A stretch of DNA of 64,000 nt from an uncultured Chloroflexia bacterium (lineage in GTDB: Bacteria; Chloroflexota; Limnocylindria; Limnocylindrales; CSP1-4): assembly GCA_963813335.1 (NCBI GenBank), contig CAWEYL010000001.1, forward strand, positions 672,001 to 736,000, written 5' to 3'. The position numbers were made by a program, and so were the translations under genes. Below the pieces are notes generated by a model. That model worked only from the letters and a program-made list of their open reading frames with translations, ran no database searches and had not been told where the DNA came from. Shown here piece after piece: positions 10,500-20,954 of this stretch (the first letter of the stretch is position 1; each line of letters begins with the position of its first letter).

Positions 10500-11279
10500 A
10501 TGGCCGTGATCGTCCCCACCCTCCGCTACGAGCGCCGCTTCTGGAACGAGGGGCTCGTCCGGGTGGTCGGCGTCGACGAGGTCGGCGTCGCCCCGACCTG
10601 CGGCGCGGTGGTCGCGGCGGCCGTGATCATGCGCCCCGGCTGCCACCGCATCCCGGGCGTGCGCGACTCCAAGACCCTCTCGGCGGCCCAGCGCGAACGA
10701 CTCGCGCCGCTGATCCGGGATCGTGCCGTCGCGGTCGGCGTCGGAGCCGCGTCGGTCCGCGAGATCGACCAGCTCAACATCTACCACGCCACGCACCTCG
10801 CGATGCGCCGGGCGATCGCCCGGGTCGGCGGGCACGAGCACGTCCTCGTGGACGGCAACCGGATCGCCGGCTTCGAGGCGCAGGTCGGTCCTTACACCAA
10901 CATCGTCGACGGCGACGCGAAGGTCTACTCGATCGCCTGCGCGTCGGTCGTCGCCAAGGTCGTCCGCGACCGGATGATGGAGCGGCTCGCGTTGCGCTAT
11001 CCGGGCTATGGCTGGGAGCACAACCAGGGCTACGCGACGCGCGACCACCGCGACGCGATCCGGGCGATGGGCCTCACGCCGTTCCACCGGCGCTCGTTCC
11101 TCGCCCTCCAGCGGACGCTCGCCGGCGATCAGCTCGAGCTCGACCTGCTCGCGGACCCGGCCGCGTCGCCCGAGACCCACGACCTGCTGGAGCGCGAGCT
11201 GGTCCCGGTCATGGCCGACGACGCGGCGCTCGACGCCCTCGACCTCGCCGTCCTCGAGCGTTCGCCCGCGGGAGCCTGA
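10500..11279 (+). CDS. rnhB: Ribonuclease HII (divergent)
   Basis: GVDEVG, RDSKTL, VDGN, DGDAK..SIACASVVAKVVRD, HRRSF; follows rplS. Confidence 0.9.
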   Translation: MAVIVPTLRYERRFWNEGLVRVVGVDEVGVAPTCGAVVAAAVIMRPGCHRIPGVRDSKTLSAAQRERLAPLIRDRAVAVGVGAASVREIDQLNIYHATHLAMRRAIARVGGHEHVLVDGNRIAGFEAQVGPYTNIVDGDAKVYSIACASVVAKVVRDRMMERLALRYPGYGWEHNQGYATRDHRDAIRAMGLTPFHRRSFLALQRTLAGDQLELDLLADPAASPETHDLLERELVPVMADDAALDALDLAVLERSPAGA

Positions 11280-11285
11280 GCCGGG

Positions 11286-11708
11286 TCAGAACGCCGCGCG
11301 GTGATGGCGGATCCGCGGGCCGGCCGTGCCGCTCCCGGGTTCCACGACCACCAGGTCGAAGCGCAGCGGGAGACGGGGGAGCGATGCCCCGTCGGCGAGC
11401 TCGCCCCGCTCGAGCAGCCCGTACGCGGCCGCCCGGACGCGCCGCCGCTTGCGATGGTCGACGGTCTCCTCGGGCAGGCCGAAGTCCCGGCTGACGCGCC
11501 AGCGGACCTCGACGATCACGAGGGCTGACGGCGGTCCCGGGTCGATCGCGACCAGGTCGATCTCGTGTCGTCCGACGTGGACGTTGCGGGCCAGGATGGT
11601 CCAGCCAGCCGAGGTCAGCCGCGCTGCGACGAGTCCTTCGGCCGCGTCGCCGGCGCGCTGCGCCGGCGTCCGACGAGGGTCGCCCGGAGGACCGTCCATC
11701 GGTCGCAT
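11286..11708 (-). CDS. YraN family (UPF0102) putative nuclease
   Basis: G..AE, ILARN, EIDLVA, VEVR, RFDLV motifs. Confidence 0.88.
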   Translation of the reverse strand: MRPMDGPPGDPRRTPAQRAGDAAEGLVAARLTSAGWTILARNVHVGRHEIDLVAIDPGPPSALVIVEVRWRVSRDFGLPEETVDHRKRRRVRAAAYGLLERGELADGASLPRLPLRFDLVVVEPGSGTAGPRIRHHRAAF

Positions 11709-11737
11709 CCTGACGAGCGCCCCTTATCCGACGCGTA

Positions 11738-12388
11738 TCAGGCCATCGCGGGCGACCCCTCAGCATCCTCCCGCCACGCGGTCAGACCGAGCGCGACGAA
11801 TCCGCCGAAGAGCAAGAGCCCGCCCGCGAGCGCGATGAGCGCCCCGACGGTGCTCGTGAGGTGGTCATCGGGCGACACCCCGGCGATGAGCGCGCCGACC
11901 GGGAAGCCGAGCATCCCGGCCAGCACCAGCGAACCGATCGACCGCGGACCTCCCGGTCGTCGCACGAGGGACAGCGCGGTCAGTAGCAGGCCAACGAGCG
12001 TCCCGATCGCGCCGATCAGGAGCCCGAAGATGATCGGCAGGCTCTGGGCGGTGTTCGTGCCCTCGGGGATGGGCAGGTTCGTGGCGAAGACATACGAGGC
12101 GAGGCCAAGCCCGAGGGTCGCCAGACCCACCCGGACCCCGCGGCGCTCGGCCGGAGGCGCGCCGGCGATGGCCAGCAGGATCGTGCCGATCCCGAGGACG
12201 GCGAGCGTGGCCGGCCCGATCAGGTGCTCCACACCCGTTGCGCCGCCGGACTGTCGGTCGCAGCCGGACCACTGCCAGCAGGCCTCCGCCCAGCGGACCT
12301 GGCCACCGAAGGCGGCGATGGCGACGGCCAGGATCCCGAGCAGGCCGCCGACGGCAACGAGTGCTCCACCGACGCGGCCGATCGACAT
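11738..12388 (-). CDS. Hypothetical membrane protein
   Basis: About 6 hydrophobic segments; GGAG upstream of the ATG. Confidence 0.7.
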   Translation of the reverse strand: MSIGRVGGALVAVGGLLGILAVAIAAFGGQVRWAEACWQWSGCDRQSGGATGVEHLIGPATLAVLGIGTILLAIAGAPPAERRGVRVGLATLGLGLASYVFATNLPIPEGTNTAQSLPIIFGLLIGAIGTLVGLLLTALSLVRRPGGPRSIGSLVLAGMLGFPVGALIAGVSPDDHLTSTVGALIALAGGLLLFGGFVALGLTAWREDAEGSPAMA

Positions 12389-12468
12389 GCGAGATCTCCA
12401 GGGACGGGGCGGTCGATGCTACCCCCGACGCGTCGCGGGCCCGTTCGTTACGACGGATCGCGACCTCG

Positions 12469-12641
12469 TGCTACACTCCGCCGGCTTCGACGGTCGAAGC
12501 ATGCCTGCACCACGACGGTGCGGAGCCCACACGCGGACCATTCCGACCGGGATGGTGCCGGCATCCGAGCCCGATGCGGCGAGGACCGGTTCCCGGCGAC
12601 GAGATCCGCGGAGGAACGAACCGAACAGGAGGTCGCTCACC
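12469..12641 (+). promoter_or_regulatory. rpsB promoter and structured 5' leader (probable S2 autoregulatory leader)
   Basis: TG-C-TACACT at 12469-12477, then about 160 nt untranslated with hairpins, a CACACGC motif and AGGAGG. Confidence 0.55.
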
Positions 12642-13625
12642 GTGCCGTCCGTTTCGATGCGGCAGCTGCTCGAGGCCGGAGTCCACTTCGGTCATCAGAC
12701 CCGCCGCTGGAACCCCAAGATGCGCCCGTTCATCTTCGCGGAGCGCAACGGGATCCACATCATCGACCTGGCCCAGACCGTGCAGCGGCTGGACGTCGCC
12801 CTGGAGGCCGTCCGCGAGACCGTCGCCCGCGGCGAGCTGGTCCTCTTCGTCGGGACCAAGAAGCAGGCCCAGGAGCCGATCGCCCAGGAGGCGACGCGCG
12901 CCGGGATGCCCTACGTCAACAAGCGCTGGCTCGGCGGCATGCTGACCAACTTCGTGACGATCAAGAAGCGCATGGGCCTCCTCGAGCAGCTCGAGGCCCG
13001 CCAGGCGGCCGGTGACTTCGAGCGGATGACCAAGAAGGAAGCCGCGAAGCTGACCGAGGAGATGACCAAGCTCCAGGGCACGCTCGGCGGCATGCGCAAG
13101 ATGAAGCGAGCGCCGGGTGCGATCTTCATCGTCGACCCGCATCGTGAGCGGATCGCCGTGACCGAGGCCAACAAGCTCGAGATCCCGGTCATCGGCACGG
13201 GCGACACCAACGTCGACCCCGACGAGCTCGACTACATCATCCCGGCCAATGACGACGCGATCCGCGCGATCCGCCTCCTGTGCGCGCTCGTCGCGGACGC
13301 CGCGATCGAGGGTGCCCGTGAGCGCACGGCGCGCGCCGCGAGCGAGCCCGAGGCCGTCGAGGCCGTGGCGATGCCCGAGGCCGAGGACGAGGAGTCCGGC
13401 GCGTCCGACGAACTCGTGGCGGCCCTCGCCGGCGGTGCGGCGCTCACCTTCGAGCCGGACATCGACGAGGACGAGGACCTGCTGCCGGGCGACCGGGCGG
13501 CCCGCGTGCCCGAGGTCGCGGTCGAAGCCCCTGCGGAGGCCTCCCCGGAGGACATCGCGGCCGAGCTCGCCCGCGAGGCGGCCGAGAAGGCCGACGACGA
13601 GAACGCGGGCGGCGTCCCCGCCTGA
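12642..13625 (+). CDS. rpsB: 30S ribosomal protein S2 with acidic C-terminal extension
   Basis: [39 protein letters not shown]. Confidence 0.97.
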   Translation: MPSVSMRQLLEAGVHFGHQTRRWNPKMRPFIFAERNGIHIIDLAQTVQRLDVALEAVRETVARGELVLFVGTKKQAQEPIAQEATRAGMPYVNKRWLGGMLTNFVTIKKRMGLLEQLEARQAAGDFERMTKKEAAKLTEEMTKLQGTLGGMRKMKRAPGAIFIVDPHRERIAVTEANKLEIPVIGTGDTNVDPDELDYIIPANDDAIRAIRLLCALVADAAIEGARERTARAASEPEAVEAVAMPEAEDEESGASDELVAALAGGAALTFEPDIDEDEDLLPGDRAARVPEVAVEAPAEASPEDIAAELAREAAEKADDENAGGVPA

Positions 13626-13726
13626 TGCCCGAGCGGGCCGGGTCACCCACCCGGTCCCGATCGATCGACGATCAACCACGCGGCGTGCGGCGACGCATGC
13701 CGACACCACAGGAGCGATAGACACCG

Positions 13727-14326
13727 ATGGCGGACATCTCGGCCGAGCTGGTCAAGGAACTGCGCGAGCGGACCGGGGCCGGGTTCATGGACTGCAAGAA
13801 GGCCCTCGCCGAATCCGGCGGGGACCTCGAGAAGGCGACCGCCCTGCTGCGCGAGCGCGGCGTCGCCCAGGCGGCCAAGAAGGCCGGCCGCGACGCCCGC
13901 GAGGGCCTGATCGGCAGCTACATCCACACGGGCGGCCGGTTCGGCGCGCTCGTCGAGGTCAACTGCGAGACCGACTTCGTCGCCCGCAACGAGCAGTTCC
14001 AGCAGCTCGTCAAGGACCTGGCCATCCAGGTCGTGGCCCTGCGCCCCGACTACCCGACGATCGAGGCCATCCCGGCCGACGTGCTCGCCGCGAAGAAGGC
14101 CGAGCTGCTCGCCGATGAGTCGGTCCAGAAGAAGCCCGAGAATATCCGCGAGCAGATCGTCGACGGCCAGCTCCGGAAGTGGTATCAGCAGGTCGTGCTG
14201 ACCGAGCAGCCCTTCCGCGACACGGACCAGACGGTCGGCCAGCTGATCACGGGCGCCATCGCGACCATCGGGGAGAACATCCGCGTGCGGCGCTTCGTGC
14301 GGTTCGAGGTCGGGGAGGAACTGTGA
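13727..14326 (+). CDS. tsf: Elongation factor Ts (short form, 199 aa)
   Basis: [38 protein letters not shown]. Confidence 0.97.
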   Translation: MADISAELVKELRERTGAGFMDCKKALAESGGDLEKATALLRERGVAQAAKKAGRDAREGLIGSYIHTGGRFGALVEVNCETDFVARNEQFQQLVKDLAIQVVALRPDYPTIEAIPADVLAAKKAELLADESVQKKPENIREQIVDGQLRKWYQQVVLTEQPFRDTDQTVGQLITGAIATIGENIRVRRFVRFEVGEEL

Positions 14327-15117
14327 CCGACGACGCGACGACCGCCAGGCCCGGAGCGTCCGGCTCGCCGCTGCGCTACCGCCGCATCCTGCTCAAGCTC
14401 TCCGGCGAGGCGCTGCTCGGCGACCGCGCGTATGGCGTCGACCCCGCCGTCTGCGCGTTCATCGCCCGCCAGGTGGCGGTCATCCACGGCCTCGGCGTCC
14501 AGATCGGCATCGTCGTCGGCGGCGGCAACATCTTCCGCGGGCTGGCAGCCTCCGCGCGGGGGATGGACCGGGCCACCGGCGACTACATCGGCATGCTGGC
14601 GACGGTCATGAACGGCCTGGCCCTGCAGGATGCCCTCGAGCGCGCCGGCGTCCCGACGCGGGTCATGACGGCCATCGCGATGAACGAGATCGCCGAGCCC
14701 TACATCCGCCGCCGGGCCATCCGCCACCTCGAGAAGGGCCGCGTGACGGTGTTCGTCGCGGGGACCGGCAATCCGTACTTCACGACCGATACCGCCGCCG
14801 CCCTGCGTGCGGTCGAGATCAACGCCGAGGTGCTCCTCAAGGCGACCAAGGTCGACGGCGTCTACGACAAGGACCCGGTCACCAACCCCGATGCGCAGCG
14901 CTACGCGACGCTCGGCTACGCGGACCTGCTGCGCGACCAGCTCAAGGTGCTCGACGCGACCGCGGTGAGCCTGTGCATGGAGAACGACCTGCCCATCGTC
15001 GTGTTCGACCTCAACCAGCCCGACAACATCACGCGAGTGGCTGCCGGGGAGTCCGTCGGGACGCTCATCTCGGGCGCGACGGCCGCCTCGGGGACCGCCG
15101 GAGGTGCCAGCGCATGA
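14323..15117 (+). CDS. pyrH: UMP kinase
   Basis: [27 protein letters not shown]; GTGA overlap with tsf. Confidence 0.97.
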   Translation: MTDDATTARPGASGSPLRYRRILLKLSGEALLGDRAYGVDPAVCAFIARQVAVIHGLGVQIGIVVGGGNIFRGLAASARGMDRATGDYIGMLATVMNGLALQDALERAGVPTRVMTAIAMNEIAEPYIRRRAIRHLEKGRVTVFVAGTGNPYFTTDTAAALRAVEINAEVLLKATKVDGVYDKDPVTNPDAQRYATLGYADLLRDQLKVLDATAVSLCMENDLPIVVFDLNQPDNITRVAAGESVGTLISGATAASGTAGGASA

Positions 15118-15671
15118 CCGCCCAGATCATCGCCGACGCCGACCAGAAGATGGCCCGTGCCATCGAGGCCATGGAGCGCGACTTCCAGGGGATCCGGACC
15201 GGCCGCGCCTCGACCGCGCTCGTCGAGCGGATCCACGTCGAGTACTACGGCACGTCGACGCCGCTCAACCAGCTCGCCGGGATCAGCGTCCCCGAGCAGC
15301 ACCAGATCGTGATCCAGCCCTGGGACCGCGGCGTCCTCGGGGCGATCGAGAAGGCCATCACCAAGAGCGACCTCGGCCTGATGCCGAACGTCGATGGGAC
15401 CGTGGTCCGCCTCAATATCCCGCCGCTGACCGAGGACCGTCGCAAGGACCTCGTGCGGGTCGTCCACAAACGGATGGAAGAGGCCCGGGTCGAGGTCCGC
15501 AACACCCGGCGGGACGCCGCGGACCTGCTCAAGAAAGAGGAGCGCGACGGCACGGCCGGGGCCGACGAGGTCCACCGCCAGCTGGAGTCGCTCCAGAAGA
15601 CGACCGACCGGCACATCGCCGAGGTCGATCGCCTGGGTCTCGCGAAGGAACAGGAGATCCTGGAGGTCTAG
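15114..15671 (+). CDS. frr: Ribosome recycling factor
   Basis: [24 protein letters not shown]. Confidence 0.97.
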   Translation: MTAQIIADADQKMARAIEAMERDFQGIRTGRASTALVERIHVEYYGTSTPLNQLAGISVPEQHQIVIQPWDRGVLGAIEKAITKSDLGLMPNVDGTVVRLNIPPLTEDRRKDLVRVVHKRMEEARVEVRNTRRDAADLLKKEERDGTAGADEVHRQLESLQKTTDRHIAEVDRLGLAKEQEILEV

Positions 15672-16459
15672 TGGCTCGCGCACACCTCGACCCGCACGTC
15701 GCCGACCGGCCCACCGTGGCCGCGCGCGGCGCGTCCGAGGCGGATGCCGGCGCCGACGGGTTCGATATCGCCGAGGCCGACCTGCCGCGCCACGTCGCGA
15801 TCATCATGGACGGCAACCGGCGCTGGGCCCGTGAGGCCGGCAAGGACGAGGCCGAGGGCCACGCCGCCGGTGTCGAGGCCATCCGGCCGATCGTCCGCCA
15901 CGCGGTCCGGCGGCGGATCCGCGCCCTCTCGCTCTTCGCGTTCAGCAGCGAGAACTGGTCGCGCTCGCCCGAGGAGGTCGGCGTGCTCCTGGGTCTGCTC
16001 GAGATGGCCATCCGCGACGAGACCCCGGAGCTGCGCGAGCAGGGCGTCCAGATCCGCCTGCTCGGCCGGATGGACGAGCTCCCGACAGCCACCCGGGAGT
16101 CGATCGAATTGGCGCTCGCCGAGACCGCGGACGGCGACCAGCTGATGCTCAACGTCGCGTTCAACTACTCCGGCCGTCACGAGATCGTGGATGCCGCCCG
16201 ACGCTGCGTGACCGACGGGCTGACCGCCGACGAGATCGACGAGGAGGCCATCGATTCGCGGCTCTATACCACCGGCCTGCCGCCGCTCGACTTGCTCATC
16301 CGGACCGGGCGAGAGCACCGCATCAGCAACTTCCTGATCTGGCAGGCGCAGTACGCGGAGCTCTACTTCACGGACCTGCTCTGGCCGGATTTCGGGCCGG
16401 CCGCCCTGGACGCCGCGCTCGTCGAGTTCGCCACGCGCCACCGCCGGTTCGGGCGCTAG
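15671..16459 (+). CDS. uppS: Undecaprenyl/polyprenyl diphosphate synthase
   Basis: HVAIIMDGNRRWA, FSSENWSR, RISNFLIWQ, RRFG. Confidence 0.95.
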   Translation: MARAHLDPHVADRPTVAARGASEADAGADGFDIAEADLPRHVAIIMDGNRRWAREAGKDEAEGHAAGVEAIRPIVRHAVRRRIRALSLFAFSSENWSRSPEEVGVLLGLLEMAIRDETPELREQGVQIRLLGRMDELPTATRESIELALAETADGDQLMLNVAFNYSGRHEIVDAARRCVTDGLTADEIDEEAIDSRLYTTGLPPLDLLIRTGREHRISNFLIWQAQYAELYFTDLLWPDFGPAALDAALVEFATRHRRFGR

Positions 16460-16479
16460 GGACGCGGGCGGGACAGCCG

Positions 16480-17307
16480 ATGCGTCAGCGCGCGATCACG
16501 GCCGCCATCCTCGTCCCCGTCCTGCTCGTGGTCCTCGCGATCGGCGGGCCGCTGCTCGCCGCCGGCGTCGCGGTCGTCACCGCCCTGGCCGCGCTGGAGG
16601 TCTTCCGCCTCCTGCGCAGCGCGGGCTACCCGACCTTCGCCCTGCTCGGGACGGCGCTGGCGCTCGTCGTCGTCCTCGAAGCCGCGTTCCCGACCATCCT
16701 CGATGGGAGCGGGCTCCTCTTCGTCGCGGTCGGGATCGTTCTCGTAGCGGTCGCCGCCTTCAGCCGCACCGATCCCCGTGAGGGGCTCTCGACGTGGATG
16801 GCGACCGTCTACGGCGCGCTCTACGTCTCGCTGCTCTCGTTCGTGCTGCGGCTCGGCGATGCCGTCCCGGCCCTGCCCGGCAGCTCGCCGATCGCCGGTC
16901 TCGGCCCGGAGCGGGCGTGGATCCTGCTGCTGATCCTGTCGGTCTGGGCCTACGACACCGGCGCCTACCTCGTCGGCAAGCGGTTCGGGCGGGCCAAGTT
17001 CCTGACCCACATCTCGCCGTCGAAGACCTATGCCGGGCTCGTCGGCGGCATCGTCGCCACGACCGTCGTCGTCGCCCTCGGCCTGTGGGCGGTCGGCGTG
17101 ACCCCGCTCCACGCTCTCGTGCTCGGGCCGCTGACCGCGCTGTCCGCGCAGGCCGGCGACCTCGCCGAATCCGTGCTCAAGCGCGCCGCCGGGGCCAAGG
17201 ACTCCGGGACGCTCATCCCGGGGCACGGCGGGATGCTCGACCGCGTCGACTCGTTCCTCTTCGCGGCGCCCGTCGTCACCCTCTATGTCGTCGCCTTCAT
17301 CGCCTGA
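16480..17307 (+). CDS. cdsA: Phosphatidate cytidylyltransferase
   Basis: DTGAY, SPSKT, GDLAESVLKR, KDSG..IPGHGGMLDRVDS. Confidence 0.95.
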   Translation: MRQRAITAAILVPVLLVVLAIGGPLLAAGVAVVTALAALEVFRLLRSAGYPTFALLGTALALVVVLEAAFPTILDGSGLLFVAVGIVLVAVAAFSRTDPREGLSTWMATVYGALYVSLLSFVLRLGDAVPALPGSSPIAGLGPERAWILLLILSVWAYDTGAYLVGKRFGRAKFLTHISPSKTYAGLVGGIVATTVVVALGLWAVGVTPLHALVLGPLTALSAQAGDLAESVLKRAAGAKDSGTLIPGHGGMLDRVDSFLFAAPVVTLYVVAFIA

Positions 17308-18535
17308 TCGCGGGGCCGACCCGCAGGCGCCCCTTCGCGTCGCCCTCATCGGCTCGACCGGCTCGATCGGCCGGCAGACGGTCGACGTCCTCGCCGGGCA
17401 CCCTGAGGCGTTCGAGGTGGTCGCCCTGGCGGCCGGGACGGACGCCGCGACGCTCGCCGAGCAGGCCGCACGGCTGCAGCCGCGGGCGGTGACCCTGGCC
17501 GACCACGCGGCCCTGGCCGCCATGGACCTGCCCGGCGGCACCGAGCGCGTGGCGGGCGAGGATGCCCTCGAGATGCTCGCGGTCCGCGACGACGTGGACA
17601 TGGTCGTCGTGGGGACGAGCGGGGTCGTGAGCCTGCGGCCGGTCCTCGCCGCGCTGCACGCCCGCAAGGTGGTCGCGACGGCGAACAAGGAGACGCTCGT
17701 GGCGGGCGGCCACCTCGTGATGCCGCTGGCCCGGGCCCACGCGACGGCCGTCGCGGCGATGGCGCCGCTCGACCCGTTCGCGAGCCCGCTGGCCTGGCTG
17801 CGGCCGATCGATTCCGAGCACTCCGCGATCTGGCAGAGCCTCGTCGGCGAATCGATGGCCGACGTGGCTGCGCTGATCCTCACCGCCTCGGGCGGGCCGT
17901 TCCTCGACGCGAGCGTCGAGACGCTCGCGGCGGTCACGCCGCAACAGGCCCTCCGACACCCGACGTGGGCGATGGGCGCCAAGATCACGATCGACTCGGC
18001 GACGCTCGCGAACAAGGGCCTGGAGGTCATCGAGGCACACTGGCTGTACGATGTCGGCTACGACGCCATCGAGGTCGTCATCCACCCGCAGAGCGTCGTC
18101 CACTCCGCCGTGCGGTTCCGCGACGGCTCCCTGAAGGCCCAGCTGGGTACCCCTGACATGCGACTCCCCATCCAGTACGCGCTGACGTACCCGCGCCGCC
18201 TGCCGTCGCCGGCGGCGGCCCCGGACCTCCCGGCCATCGGTCGGCTCGAGTTCCGCGCCCCCGACGAGGACCGGTTCCCGGCACTCCGCATCGCCCGCGA
18301 GGCGGGACGCCGCGGACCGCGCGCCTCTGCCGCGCTCATCGCGGCGGACGAGGTCGCCGTCTCGAGGTTCCTCGACGGCACCCTGTCGTTCACGGGCATC
18401 CCGGCGTTACTCGAGGCCGCGGTGTCGCGCTTCGGCGACGACGGCGATGCCGAGCCTGATGTCGAGGCCCTCGTCGAGCTCGATCTCGCCGTCCGGGCGG
18501 CCTTCGCGAGCGGCCCGGTGGGAGCCGGCGCATGA
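17285..18535 (+). CDS. dxr: 1-deoxy-D-xylulose-5-phosphate reductoisomerase
   Basis: GSTGSIG, ANKE, PIDSEHSA, LTASGGPF, HPTWAMGAKITIDSAT. Confidence 0.96.
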   Translation: MSSPSSPDRGADPQAPLRVALIGSTGSIGRQTVDVLAGHPEAFEVVALAAGTDAATLAEQAARLQPRAVTLADHAALAAMDLPGGTERVAGEDALEMLAVRDDVDMVVVGTSGVVSLRPVLAALHARKVVATANKETLVAGGHLVMPLARAHATAVAAMAPLDPFASPLAWLRPIDSEHSAIWQSLVGESMADVAALILTASGGPFLDASVETLAAVTPQQALRHPTWAMGAKITIDSATLANKGLEVIEAHWLYDVGYDAIEVVIHPQSVVHSAVRFRDGSLKAQLGTPDMRLPIQYALTYPRRLPSPAAAPDLPAIGRLEFRAPDEDRFPALRIAREAGRRGPRASAALIAADEVAVSRFLDGTLSFTGIPALLEAAVSRFGDDGDAEPDVEALVELDLAVRAAFASGPVGAGA

Positions 18536-19632
18536 CCGGGTTCGTCCAGTCGGTCATCACGATCGTCCTGTTCGTCCTCATCCTCGGGGTGCTCGTGGTC
18601 ATCCATGAGCTCGGCCACTTCGTGACCGCGCGCCTCGCCAACGTGCGCGTCCTGGAGTTCGGGATCGGCTTCCCGCCGCGGGCCAGGGTCCTGCGCTCGA
18701 AGGGGGAGACCCTCTACACGCTCAACTACCTGCCGCTGGGCGGGTTCGTCAAGCTCGACGGCGAGGACGGCGACGCCGTCACCGACCCGCGCTCGTTCTC
18801 CTCGAAGTCGTTGCCGGTCCGGCTCTGGATCCTGGTCGCGGGCGTGCTGATGAACGTGCTGCTGGCCTTCGTCATCTTCACGGCGCTGGCTTTCCACGGC
18901 GATCCCACCTTCGGTCTCCAGGTCGGCACGGTCCAGCCGGACTCGCCCGCGCAGGCAGCCGGCGTCCAGAGCGGCGACGTGGTCGTCTCGGTCAACGGGG
19001 CGCCGTTCGGCGCGTTCGACACGGCCGGCCCGAGCGAATCGCTCGCGGCGCACGCGGGCGAGACGGTGGCCGTCGGGTTCGAGCGGCCGGGCGCCGCGGA
19101 CTTCACGCTCGACGTCACCCTGCGCACCCCGGCGGAGATCGTCGCCCACCCGGGCGCCCTCGGCGTCAGCGACTCGAAGGTGGTCCTGACCGAGAACGTG
19201 ATCTCCTACACGCCCGTCGAGGCCATCCAGGTCGGCGCCCAGCGGACGGTCGCCGCGCTCGGCCTGATCATCGGTGGGCTCGGCGCGCTGGTCCACTCGG
19301 TCGCGACGAACCCCACCGGAGCGCCGCCCGTCTCCGGTCCCGTCGGGATCGCCACGCAGATCGGTGACGTCTTCTGGCAGCTCGGCCCGCTCTTCACGCT
19401 CTATGTCGCCGCCGTGCTGTCCGCGAATCTCGCGGTCGTCAACGTGCTGCCGTTCCCGCCGCTCGATGGCGGCCGGATGCTCATGATCACGCTCAAGCGC
19501 TTCTTCGGCGCACGGATCAGCCTCCGCGCCGAGCAGATGACCTACGTCGTCGGGTTCGTGTTCCTGTTCGGGTTCATCATCTGGGTCACCGGGTTCGACA
19601 TCGCCAGGATCGTGACCGGCGGCCGGACATGA
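18532..19632 (+). CDS. rseP: RIP metalloprotease RseP (M50 family, PDZ domain)
   Basis: HELGH, PLGGFV, PDZ domain, NVLPFPPLDGG. Confidence 0.93.
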   Translation: MTGFVQSVITIVLFVLILGVLVVIHELGHFVTARLANVRVLEFGIGFPPRARVLRSKGETLYTLNYLPLGGFVKLDGEDGDAVTDPRSFSSKSLPVRLWILVAGVLMNVLLAFVIFTALAFHGDPTFGLQVGTVQPDSPAQAAGVQSGDVVVSVNGAPFGAFDTAGPSESLAAHAGETVAVGFERPGAADFTLDVTLRTPAEIVAHPGALGVSDSKVVLTENVISYTPVEAIQVGAQRTVAALGLIIGGLGALVHSVATNPTGAPPVSGPVGIATQIGDVFWQLGPLFTLYVAAVLSANLAVVNVLPFPPLDGGRMLMITLKRFFGARISLRAEQMTYVVGFVFLFGFIIWVTGFDIARIVTGGRT

Positions 19633-19713
19633 CCTCGCCCGACCAGCTGCGTCCTCGGCGCCAATCCTCCGACCGATGCGCTCCACCGAGCGCGCTCGGA
19701 CGTCGGAGCGGCC

Positions 19714-20946
19714 GTGGTCGGTAAGCCGATCCGTCGGAGTTCCGTCAGCGTCGACGTCGGCGGGGTGCTGGTCGGCAGTGCGCACCCGGTCGTCGTCCAG
19801 TCGATGACCAACACCGACACCGCCGACGCGGACGGGACCGCGCTCCAGGTCGCCCGGCTGGCCCACGCCGGCTCGCAGCTCGTCCGCGTGACGGTCAACA
19901 CGGAGGAGGCGGCCGCAGCGGTCCCCGAGATGGTCCGCAAGGTCCGCGGCCTCGGCGTGGACGTGCCGATCGTCGGCGACTTCCACTACAACGGCCACCA
20001 GCTGCTGGTGGCGTATCCGGAGACGGCCCGCCTGCTGGCGAAGTACCGGATCAACCCCGGCAACGTCGGCGGGAAGCGCCACGACGAGCACTTCGCGACG
20101 ATCGTCAAGGTCGCCATCGACAACGACAAGCCGGTCCGCATCGGGGTGAACTGGGGCTCGCTCGACCAGGCCGTCCTGACCGAACTCATGGACGCCAACG
20201 CGACCGCCCCCGAGCCGCGCGACGCCCGCGACGTGATGATCGACGCCATGCTCGAGTCCGCGATGCGCTCGGCCGAGCTCGCCGAGGCGACCGGCATGCG
20301 CCACGACCGCATCATCCTCTCGGCGAAGGTGAGCGGCGTCCGCGACCTGGTCGATACGTACCGCCGGCTGGCCGCGCGCTCCGACTACCCGCTCCACCTC
20401 GGGCTGACCGAGGCCGGGATGGGCGACAAGGGCGTCATCGCCTCGACCGCGGGGCTGTCGATCCTGCTCAACGAGGGGATCGGCGACACGATCCGCGTCT
20501 CGCTCACGCCGGAGCCCGGCGCGCCGCGCGAGCGCGAGGTCGAGATCGCCCAGCAGGTGCTCCAGTCCATGGGGCTGCGCTCATTCCTGCCCCAGGTCAG
20601 CGCCTGCCCGGGCTGCGGCCGCACTACCAGCACGTTCTTCCAGGAGATGGCGCAGCAGATCCAGGGCTACCTCAAGGACCGGATGCCCGTCTGGCGCGAG
20701 ACCCATCCCGGCGCCGAGGACCTGCGCGTGGCGGTCATGGGCTGTGTGGTCAACGGCCCGGGCGAATCGAAGCACGCGGACATCGGGATCTCCCTGCCGG
20801 GCACCTTCGAGGAACCGGTCGCGCCGGTCTTCATCGACGGCCGGCTCGACCGGACGCTGCGCGGCGACGGGCTGGTCGACGAGTTCATCGGGATCCTGGA
20901 GGCGTACGTCGCCGAGCGGTTCCCGACCCCGGTCACGACCCACTGA
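19714..20946 (+). CDS. ispG: 4-hydroxy-3-methylbut-2-enyl diphosphate synthase
   Basis: [45 protein letters not shown]; start uncertain (see findings). Confidence 0.95.
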   Translation: MVGKPIRRSSVSVDVGGVLVGSAHPVVVQSMTNTDTADADGTALQVARLAHAGSQLVRVTVNTEEAAAAVPEMVRKVRGLGVDVPIVGDFHYNGHQLLVAYPETARLLAKYRINPGNVGGKRHDEHFATIVKVAIDNDKPVRIGVNWGSLDQAVLTELMDANATAPEPRDARDVMIDAMLESAMRSAELAEATGMRHDRIILSAKVSGVRDLVDTYRRLAARSDYPLHLGLTEAGMGDKGVIASTAGLSILLNEGIGDTIRVSLTPEPGAPREREVEIAQQVLQSMGLRSFLPQVSACPGCGRTTSTFFQEMAQQIQGYLKDRMPVWRETHPGAEDLRVAVMGCVVNGPGESKHADIGISLPGTFEEPVAPVFIDGRLDRTLRGDGLVDEFIGILEAYVAERFPTPVTTH

Positions 20947-20954
20947 CGCGGCTC

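Noticed and set aside
11565-12641. Long N-terminal extension of S2
   Set aside because: Antisense to a membrane-protein gene plus the leader; the real start is GTG 12642 with AGGAGG
13727-14326. Truncated EF-Ts
   Set aside because: The ~200-aa form is a known natural type (for example Thermus and cyanobacteria) and both termini are intact
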